A stretch of DNA of 64,000 nt from the NCBI GenBank assembly GCA_024281095.1, contig JAMXLJ010000047.1, positions 9,093-73,092 of the forward strand, given 5' to 3'. The position numbers were made by a program, and so were the translations under genes. Below are positions 9,033 through 15,829 of the stretch, piece after piece. Source of the DNA: Acidimicrobiia bacterium (GTDB lineage: Bacteria > Actinomycetota > Acidimicrobiia > IMCC26256 > JAMXLJ01). The first letter of the stretch is position 1, and each line of letters opens with the position of its first letter. Under the pieces are notes generated by a model that was given only the letters and a program-made list of their open reading frames with translations, was not told the DNA's origin and made no database searches.

Positions 9033-9901
9033 CGCTCGCGTCGTTGCCGAGCACGGGCTACGGCGACCTCGTACGCGCGCCGCTTCGGCACACGGAGCTC
9101 GGCCGCGACGGAGGCGGCCGCGTCGCGCGCCGACAACCCGTGCTCGAGCGCGGCGCGTATCGCGGCGTCGACGGTCGAGTCGTCGACTGCGGGCGGCTCG
9201 ACGTCGCCGGGCCCGACGACGAGCACGTGCTCGCCTCGTGCGTCGCGGCCCTTCGCGCGCCGTGCCGCGTCGCCGAGTGTGCCGCGCCACACCTCCTCGT
9301 GCAGCTTCGTGAGCTCGCGCGTCACGGCGACCGCCCGCTCGTCTCCGCACGCGTCGGCCAGATCCGCAAGCGTCGTCGCGACACGCCCCGGTGCCTCGAA
9401 GCACACGACCGTGCGCTCATCGGCCGCGATCGCCCCGAGTCGGGCCGCGCGCGCCCGGCCCTTGCGCGGCAGGAACCCCTCGAAGACGAACCGGTCGGCG
9501 GGGAACCCGGAGACCGCGAGCGCGGCAAGCACCGCACTCGCACCGGGGACGGTCGACACGGTGAGGCCGGCCTCGTGACAGGCCTGGACCAATGCCGTGC
9601 CGGGATCCGACACTCCGGGGGTACCGGCATCGCTGACGTACGCGACCGTTCCGCCTTCCTCGATGCACGCGACGACGCGGCGCGCCACCTCGCGCTCGTT
9701 GTGCGCATGGACTGCGAGCAGACGGCCCGCGGCAGGGATGCCGAACGCGCTGAGGAGCGTGCGGGTGCGGCGAGTGTCCTCGGCCGCGACAATGGTCGCG
9801 TCGCGCAACGTGTCGACAGCGCGCGGTGGGAAGTCACCGAGGTTGCCGATCGGCGTGGCGACGAGCACGAGCGCGGGTCGCCGCTCGCCGGCCGCGGCCA
9901 C
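9029..9901 (-). CDS. rsmI: 16S rRNA (cytidine1402-2'-O)-methyltransferase
   Basis: LVLVATPIGNLGDFPPRAVDTLRDATIVAAEDTRRT, tetrapyrrole-methylase fold signature of RsmI. Confidence 0.92.
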   Translation of the reverse strand: MAAAGERRPALVLVATPIGNLGDFPPRAVDTLRDATIVAAEDTRRTRTLLSAFGIPAAGRLLAVHAHNEREVARRVVACIEEGGTVAYVSDAGTPGVSDPGTALVQACHEAGLTVSTVPGASAVLAALAVSGFPADRFVFEGFLPRKGRARAARLGAIAADERTVVCFEAPGRVATTLADLADACGDERAVAVTRELTKLHEEVWRGTLGDAARRAKGRDARGEHVLVVGPGDVEPPAVDDSTVDAAIRAALEHGLSARDAAASVAAELRVPKRRAYEVAVARARQRRER

Positions 9902-9904
9902 CGG

Positions 9905-10291
9905 CTAGTCCTTCACTTCGAGCACGTCGAGCGGCCGCAGCCGCCAACGTTCGAACGAGCCTGCCGGGGCTTCGACGGCGAACTTCGCGCGCCGAACGAC
10001 TCGAGAGAGCCGCCACGGCCGCATCGTGGTCGCGTGGAGCACGACGCCGTCGCCCGTGCAGAACGCGACGTCGATCGGGAACCGCATGCCCCAGGTGTGC
10101 ACCTGCCGGCAGGGCCGCAGCACGAGCGCGCCCTCGAACTCGTTGCGTCCGAGGAGCCCGCGCATCCGGGCCCGGGCCGTGGTGGCGAGCTGCGCGCTCG
10201 CGAGCACCTCCCCGTCGCGGACCAGCCAGCCAAGGGTTCCACCCTCGCCGCCGCCTCGCTCCACGTTTCCGTTGCCCACGTCCATCGGCAC
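9905..10291 (-). CDS. DUF192 domain protein
   Basis: ...RARMRGLLGR..L..GALVLRPCRQVHTWGMRFPIDVAF... matches the DUF192 pattern. Confidence 0.75.
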   Translation of the reverse strand: MPMDVGNGNVERGGGEGGTLGWLVRDGEVLASAQLATTARARMRGLLGRNEFEGALVLRPCRQVHTWGMRFPIDVAFCTGDGVVLHATTMRPWRLSRVVRRAKFAVEAPAGSFERWRLRPLDVLEVKD

Positions 10292-10303
10292 GGCTCCGGC
10301 GTG

Positions 10304-11326
10304 TCAGACGTTGAAGCGGATCTCCAGGACGTCGCCGTCGACCACCTCGTATTCCTTCCCTTCAACCCGCAGCTTGCCCAGCTCTTTTGCCCTGTTCCAC
10401 GACCCGATCTCGAGCAGGTCGTCCCAGCGGATGACCTCGGCACGGATGAAGCCGCGCTGGAGGTCGGAATGGATCACGCCCGCGCACTCGGGTGCCTTGG
10501 CGCCGGCCCTGAACGTCCATGCCCGGCTCTCCTTGTCGCCGGTCGTGAAGAACGTGCGCCGGCCGAGGAGGTGGTGGGCGGCCCGGGCGACACGGGGCAG
10601 AACGCTCTCGCTGATGCCGAAGCTCTCCAGCAGCTCGGGGCGGTCCTGAGGCTCGCACGCGGCGATCTCGGCCTCGATCTCGACGCACACGCCGAGCGCG
10701 TCGGGTCCGAGAGGCGCCACGATCTCGGCAGCCCGGTCGAGTTGGTCGAGATCGAGGTTCACGACGACGAGGACGGGCTTGTTCGTGAGCAGGAACACCG
10801 GCGCCAGCAGCGCGCGCTCACCCGGGGTGAGCTCGGACCGGTACACGGGCACGCCGTCGCCGAGCTGCTGCTGCGCATGTTCCAACGCCGCGATCTCCGG
10901 GCCGAGCGTCTTGTCGCCCTTCGCAGCGCGCCGCTGACGGTCGAGCCGTTGCTCGACCGAGCCGAGGTCCGCGAGCACGAGCTCGTATTCGAGCGTCGCA
11001 AGGTCCTCGACGGGGTCGTTCCCACCGGTGCCGCGCAGCACATAGAGGATCGCGTCTGCGTCGCGCAGTGAGCCGAGCAGCTTCGCTCCAAGGCCCTCAC
11101 CCGGACGCGAGCCCGGCGCGAGGCCCGGGATGTAGTCGACCTCGAAGGTCGCGTGCACGGTCTTCTTCGATTCCGACATGGCCGACAGCCGGTCGAGGCG
11201 GGCGTCGGGAAGCTGCGCCACGCCCTTCATGGTCTCGAACCCGCCGGGCGTGGGCAGCCCGGTGAGCGCGCTGAACATGCGACCGTGCTCGGAATCGGGC
11301 AGGCCGACGAGGCCGAGGTGCTCCAT
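10304..11326 (-). CDS. ychF: YchF/OLA1-family protein with degenerate nucleotide-binding motifs
   Basis: The C-terminal half is canonical YchF (FFTTGDKESRAWTFRAGAKAPECAGVIHSDLQRGFIRAEV...VEGKEYEVVDGDVLEIRFNV). The N-terminus MEHLGLVGLPDSEHGRMFSALTG replaces GIVGLPNVGKSTLFNALT. Confidence 0.85.
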   Translation of the reverse strand: MEHLGLVGLPDSEHGRMFSALTGLPTPGGFETMKGVAQLPDARLDRLSAMSESKKTVHATFEVDYIPGLAPGSRPGEGLGAKLLGSLRDADAILYVLRGTGGNDPVEDLATLEYELVLADLGSVEQRLDRQRRAAKGDKTLGPEIAALEHAQQQLGDGVPVYRSELTPGERALLAPVFLLTNKPVLVVVNLDLDQLDRAAEIVAPLGPDALGVCVEIEAEIAACEPQDRPELLESFGISESVLPRVARAAHHLLGRRTFFTTGDKESRAWTFRAGAKAPECAGVIHSDLQRGFIRAEVIRWDDLLEIGSWNRAKELGKLRVEGKEYEVVDGDVLEIRFNV

Positions 11327-11399
11327 CACGTTCAGGGTACCGGCGGCGCTTGCGCCCTCGGCTAGCCTGCAACGTTCCCGGTCCCGCAGCGAGGGCGAG

Positions 11400-11486
11400 A
11401 TGAGCAAGAAGACGAAGAAGCGCAAGCTCAAGGCACGCCGGAACAAGGCGAACCACGGCAAGCGGCCCCTCGCCGGCCGGCGCTGA
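11400..11486 (+). CDS. 50S ribosomal protein bL37 (28 aa)
   Basis: MSKKTKKRKLKARRNKANHGKRPLAGRR at the tail of track ORF 11178..11486. The basic tract plus ANHGKRP is the bL37 signature known from mycobacterial ribosomes. Confidence 0.75.
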   Translation: MSKKTKKRKLKARRNKANHGKRPLAGRR

Positions 11487-11489
11487 CGC

Positions 11490-12272
11490 TCAGGCGTCGG
11501 CGGAGCGGGTCATCGGCACGAGCCGGTGGTCGCGGGTGAACAGCCGGCGGCTCACGCCGAGGGCGACGACGGTCGTCGTGGTCGCGGCGGAGCCGAGCAC
11601 GAGATACATCACCGCCGCCTGCACGAGCACCGCCTTCATCGGTGCCACACCGGCCAGGATGAGACCGGTCATCGCCCCGGGTAGGAACACGATCCCGACC
11701 GCCTTCGTGCTCTCGATCTGCGGGATGAGCGCGGTCCGCAAGGCGGAGCGCAGATAGGGACGGGCGGCGTCGCGCGACGACAGCCCCAGGGCGAGCCGGG
11801 CCTCCACCTCGGACCGCTTGTCGCGTAGTTCCTCGAACACGCGCCGGCCGACGAGCACGGTGCTCGTCATCGCGTTGCCGACCATCATGCCGGCGAGCGG
11901 GATCAACGCCCGCGCTTCTAACGGGAACACCCCGAGACCGAACAGCACGCCGAGTGTCACGACCGCGGAAGTGGCGAACGCGGCAAGCCCGAGCACGAAC
12001 ATGTCGGGCACCTCTCGCGCGCGCCGGCGAACCGTCTCGGCCGCGAACGTCACCATCACGAGCACCCAGATCCACGACCAGCCGAGCGAGTGCCGCGACC
12101 GGAACAGCACCTGCAGCAACAGCCCCACCACGAGAAGCTGGGCCATCGCCCGGGCCGCCGACCACACCATGCTCTGCTCGAGGCCGAGCCGCCGCCACAG
12201 CGAGATCGCGACGGCGACGCCGACGAGCACGAGCGACGTGACGAGACCCGTCCATCCGATGTCGCCGGTCAT
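11490..12272 (-). CDS. fetB: UPF0014/FetB-type ABC exporter permease
   Basis: Internal start MTGDIGWTGLV of track ORF 11490..12845. Strong resemblance to E. coli YbbM/FetB (...IPLAGMMVGNAM..., ALIPQIESTKAVGIVFLPGAMTGLILAG). ATGA overlap with the fetA stop. Confidence 0.85.
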   Translation of the reverse strand: MTGDIGWTGLVTSLVLVGVAVAISLWRRLGLEQSMVWSAARAMAQLLVVGLLLQVLFRSRHSLGWSWIWVLVMVTFAAETVRRRAREVPDMFVLGLAAFATSAVVTLGVLFGLGVFPLEARALIPLAGMMVGNAMTSTVLVGRRVFEELRDKRSEVEARLALGLSSRDAARPYLRSALRTALIPQIESTKAVGIVFLPGAMTGLILAGVAPMKAVLVQAAVMYLVLGSAATTTTVVALGVSRRLFTRDHRLVPMTRSADA

Positions 12273-12991
12273 CGCTGCGCTCCCTCCTCGCCGGTACCGG
12301 TCAGGAACTCCAGTGCCTCGCGCGGCATCGACGCGGCGTCGAAGTCGCGCGCGCGTCCGGTGTGCACGATGACACCCTTCACGAGGACGACGACGTGGTC
12401 CGCGATCCGCTGGACCTGCTCGAGGTCGTGACTCACCCAGATCACGGCGACGCCGCCGAGCGCCTGCGCACGCGCGAGGGCCTCGAGCGCGTAGCGCGTG
12501 TGCGGGTCGAGCGACGACGTCGGCTCGTCCATCAACAGCACTTCGGGCCCGGTGAGCAGCGTGCGAGCGAGGCACACCCGCTGCGCTTCTCCACCGGAAA
12601 GGTCGCCTGCGGGGCGCGGCAAGAAGCTGCCGTCGAGCTCCACCCGTTCGAGCACGGCCGCCATCGCGGCGTCGTCGGCGTGTGGCTCCGCCACCCGCAG
12701 GTTCTCGGCCACGGTTCCGGGGAACGGCGTCGGACGTTGTGCCACGAGCCCGACCCGGCGGCGCAGCCGGAGCGGATCGAGCTGCGCGACGTCCTCGCCG
12801 CGGAACAGCACGCGGCCGCCGGCCGGCACCTCCAGACGGTTGCACAGACGCAGCAGGGTCGACTTGCCCGCACCCGACGGGCCGACCACCGCGGTCACAC
12901 CGGCGTCAGGTATGCGACCGGTCAGGTCGACGACGAGCGGGCCCCAGGGGCTGTCGACGGCGACATGTTCGAACTCGAAGAGGGTGTCGAT
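12269..12991 (-). CDS. fetA: FetA/YbbL-type ABC ATP-binding protein (5' end unresolved)
   Basis: Walker A GPSGAGKST, LSGGE signature, Walker B LLMDEPTSSLD. The track start (GTG 12898) lies only 5 codons before Walker A. The open frame continues upstream as IDTLFEFEHVAVDSPWGPLVVDLTGRIPDAG without any ATG/GTG/TTG. Confidence 0.8.
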   Translation of the reverse strand: MDTLFEFEHVAVDSPWGPLVVDLTGRIPDAGVTAVVGPSGAGKSTLLRLCNRLEVPAGGRVLFRGEDVAQLDPLRLRRRVGLVAQRPTPFPGTVAENLRVAEPHADDAAMAAVLERVELDGSFLPRPAGDLSGGEAQRVCLARTLLTGPEVLLMDEPTSSLDPHTRYALEALARAQALGGVAVIWVSHDLEQVQRIADHVVVLVKGVIVHTGRARDFDAASMPREALEFLTGTGEEGAQR

Positions 12992-13419
12992 GACTGGATC
13001 ATTCCACCGTGTGACGGGAATTCACGCGACAAGATCAGTACCACGAGGGCCAGCACGGGCGTGATCGTCAGGCTCGCGATGCTGGCGATGCGTTCGTCGG
13101 TGGGCAGCACGTCGTAGTGACGCACGTGGTACACGAGGTGGAGCACCCCGTCGACGAGCCAGGCGATGCTCGCGGCTCGCACCATGGCGGGCGTGAACCA
13201 CACGACCGCAAGCAGCGCGACGGCAGCCAACGCGAGCGACAGCTCGCCGACGTCGCGCACGAGGTGCTCGTTGAACGGCCCGTCGGCCGACACCCATTGC
13301 TGCCCGAGGCCCGGAAAGTCGTCGTAGAACGACCTCGGCGCGAACGCGGCCCACACGCCGACGATCGCGCCCGAGACACCGAGCACCGCGACACCCACAC
13401 GCACGGCCGTTTCACGCAT
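12922..13419 (-). CDS. hypothetical integral membrane protein (about 4 TM)
   Basis: Hydrophobic segments VGVAVLGVSGAIVGVWAAF, LSLALAAVALLAVVWF, ITPVLALVVLILS. The Ser-rich tail after ...SREFPSHGG looks non-native. Confidence 0.5.
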   Translation of the reverse strand: MRETAVRVGVAVLGVSGAIVGVWAAFAPRSFYDDFPGLGQQWVSADGPFNEHLVRDVGELSLALAAVALLAVVWFTPAMVRAASIAWLVDGVLHLVYHVRHYDVLPTDERIASIASLTITPVLALVVLILSREFPSHGGMIQSSTPSSSSNMSPSTAPGARSSST

Positions 13420-14347
13420 TGATCCGCTCCCTCGCGCGCTCCTCCGCCACCGCGCGCCAACCCTCGCGTGCGGTTCGATGGCGCGGCACCCAACCGGTCG
13501 CCGTCTTGAAGCGATCGTTGCAGACGCGCTGCGAACGCACGAGCGCGCCTGCGCTGCTCCCCGCCAACCGAAGCAGCGCCGGCGAGACCACCCAGAGACG
13601 GGGAAGATCGAACGCGGTCGCGAATGCGGCCGCGTAGTCCGCCTTGCGAAGCGGCTCGTCGTCGGTGACGTTGTACGTACCCGACGGCGCGATAAGAGCG
13701 GCGGACACCGCGCTGCCGGCGTCGGCGGTGTGAATGCTCGACTGGTAGTTGTCGCGCCCGCCCATGACAGGAGCGATCCGCCATCTCGCGAACCGCAACG
13801 CGGCCTCGGTCGACTCCGCCGTCGGGCCGTAGAACGACGAGAAGCGCAGCGTCACACCTTGCCCGCCCCGTGCCCGGAACCGTTCGACCTCGCGTTCGAG
13901 GTCGAGCACCGACCGCAACGCCGCGTTGTCGGTCGCGAGCGTCGTGCTCTCGTCGATCCACTCCGAACGGCAGTCGGGATAGATGAACGTGATCGACTCC
14001 GCTACGAACCTGCCGATGCCCTGCTCGAGCGCGACGTCGACGAGCATCGGTGTGAGGTCGCTGCGGAGCCGATTGTTCTCGACCCACGCGTCCGGGCTGC
14101 GCATCTGGCGCACGGGCGGGATGTGCGTCGCGAGGTGCAGCAGCGCCTCCGACCCGTGCGCCGCTCGTCCGACCGCGTCCCGGTCGAACACGTCGGGAAG
14201 CACAACGGGCTCCGCACCCATCTCGGCGAGCGCCCCCGCCTTCGCCTCCGTGCGCGTCGCCGCGCGCACGCGATGACCGGCTGTGGCCATCTCCCGCACC
14301 GCGGGCCGCCCGAGCTCGCCCGTAGCGCCGATCACGAACACGTCCAT
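13412..14347 (-). CDS. NAD(P)H-binding, NmrA/atypical-SDR-like protein
   Basis: MDVFVIGATGELGRPAV Rossmann start, internal to track ORF 13412..14389. Confidence 0.8.
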   Translation of the reverse strand: MDVFVIGATGELGRPAVREMATAGHRVRAATRTEAKAGALAEMGAEPVVLPDVFDRDAVGRAAHGSEALLHLATHIPPVRQMRSPDAWVENNRLRSDLTPMLVDVALEQGIGRFVAESITFIYPDCRSEWIDESTTLATDNAALRSVLDLEREVERFRARGGQGVTLRFSSFYGPTAESTEAALRFARWRIAPVMGGRDNYQSSIHTADAGSAVSAALIAPSGTYNVTDDEPLRKADYAAAFATAFDLPRLWVVSPALLRLAGSSAGALVRSQRVCNDRFKTATGWVPRHRTAREGWRAVAEERARERINA

Positions 14348-14381
14348 GACGCATGTCCTCCCGTGCGTGAGCCCCGTGGCA

Positions 14382-14870
14382 TCAACCAAAGATCTCCTGG
14401 AACCACTGCGCCCCCTTGCGCAACGCGACCGGGCTCGCGTTCTGCGCGACCATCGCGACGAGGTCGGCGATCGACGTCTTCGCGAGCTCGAACCGCCACG
14501 CGGCGTCGGCGCGGTCCATCACCTGGTGGATCGAGCACGGCACCCGGTACTCGCGCGCCGCAACAGCGGACGGCCCGCGGCGGCGGATCTCGGTGCAACG
14601 GAACGCGGGCGTCGACCCGTCGACGGCCTCGACCACGTCGAGCACCGAGATCTCCCCGGCCAGACGAGCGAGGCGGTATCCCCCACGGGGCCCCGGCACG
14701 GAGTCGAGCAGTCCTGCGCGCGACATCGCCTGCAGGTGCTTCGCGAGGTACGCCGCCGGGACTCCGTGGTACTCGGCGAGCCGGCCGGTAGGCAGCGCCG
14801 CGTCCGGAGGCAGTACCGCGAGGAGGACCGCGCAGTGCAGGCCCCACTCGACTCCTTCGGAGATACGCAT
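14382..14870 (-). CDS. Rrf2 family transcriptional regulator
   Basis: MRISEGVEWGLHCAVLLA...LAEYHGVPAAYLAKHLQAMSRAGLLDSVPGPRGGYRLAR winged-helix signature. Confidence 0.9.
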   Translation of the reverse strand: MRISEGVEWGLHCAVLLAVLPPDAALPTGRLAEYHGVPAAYLAKHLQAMSRAGLLDSVPGPRGGYRLARLAGEISVLDVVEAVDGSTPAFRCTEIRRRGPSAVAAREYRVPCSIHQVMDRADAAWRFELAKTSIADLVAMVAQNASPVALRKGAQWFQEIFG

Positions 14871-14893
14871 TAGCCTTCGGAGATACGCATTAT
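14854..14893. repeat. 20-bp direct tandem duplication spanning the Rrf2 start codon
   Basis: ccttcggagatacgcatta occurs twice with a 20-nt period (14854-14872 and 14874-14892). Confidence 0.7.
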
Positions 14894-14955
14894 CCGGATA
14901 CTAACTCTCCGTGATTCTGCCCGTCAACGCCGGCCGACCTCCCCGCATGCGCGGG

Positions 14956-15759
14956 TCAGCGGGTATCGAGCAAGAGCGTCTGCAGCGAGCGCCCGACACG
15001 ACCACGCTCGTCGTAGAGCGCGGTGTCGGCGAGCGCGATGCCGTCGTGATCGGGCCACGTGACCGCCTCGAGCCCGATCCACTCGCCTTGCGCGGGCCGG
15101 TGCAGCGTGACGGTCAGATCGGGGTTGATGAAGCTGTAGCCCTCCCAGCCGAGCGGCGAGCTGATCCCGTTGCCGAAGTCCGCGGCGGCGAGCACGCGCT
15201 GCAGCGGTGACGGGTCCTCCCCGGCGACGAGCGCAGCGTTCAGGCGGATCCAGCACGTGCCCGGCCCGAGATCACCACTGGGGCCGCCGCGCACGACGCG
15301 GAACTCGACTGCGTCGCCGAAATTGACGGCCGACCCCCAACTGCTTCGCGGCACGATCACGCCGTCCGGCGGACGGGCGTCGGGCCCCAACGCTGCTTCG
15401 GGGAACTCGAGGTGTGCCTCACGCAACCGAAGCGCCGCGGCGCGCACCACCTGCACGTCACCCGCGTGGACGGCCGCTTCGATCAGCTGCACCTTCTTCC
15501 CCGGTCGCACGAGCCGCGCGGTGACGGTGAGCGGCACGAGCGGCACCGGCCGCAACAGCTCCACGGTGACGCGTGCGACGCGCGACGGCGGCGCACCCGC
15601 CGGTAATTCGACGCGCTCGACGGCCCGGCCCAGGAGCGCCGCCGGTGGGCCGCCGTGCTGCGCGTCCGGAGACCACGGCCCGCGGGCCAGCTCCGTGGGC
15701 ACGAAGCGATCGCCGTCGAGGTGGAACACTGCGTCCGGAAGCTCGCTCGGGGAAGCCAC
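14956..15759 (-). CDS. acyl-CoA thioesterase-II-like (double hot-dog) thioesterase family protein
   Basis: FVPTELARGPWSPDAQHGGPPAALLGRAVE... pattern of the actinobacterial thioesterase family; 267 aa. Confidence 0.8.
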   Translation of the reverse strand: MASPSELPDAVFHLDGDRFVPTELARGPWSPDAQHGGPPAALLGRAVERVELPAGAPPSRVARVTVELLRPVPLVPLTVTARLVRPGKKVQLIEAAVHAGDVQVVRAAALRLREAHLEFPEAALGPDARPPDGVIVPRSSWGSAVNFGDAVEFRVVRGGPSGDLGPGTCWIRLNAALVAGEDPSPLQRVLAAADFGNGISSPLGWEGYSFINPDLTVTLHRPAQGEWIGLEAVTWPDHDGIALADTALYDERGRVGRSLQTLLLDTR

Positions 15760-15829
15760 GGGCGGCAGGTTACGTGGGCGTCCCGAGAGCCCCGGCAGTA
15801 CCGTCGCAGTCGCACAGCAGGGAGGCGCG

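Noticed and set aside
12896-12898. GTG 12898 as the true fetA start, as in the ORF track.
   Set aside because: It would leave only 5 residues before Walker A and delete the N-terminal beta-strands of the ABC fold. The open frame upstream encodes a typical ABC N-terminus.
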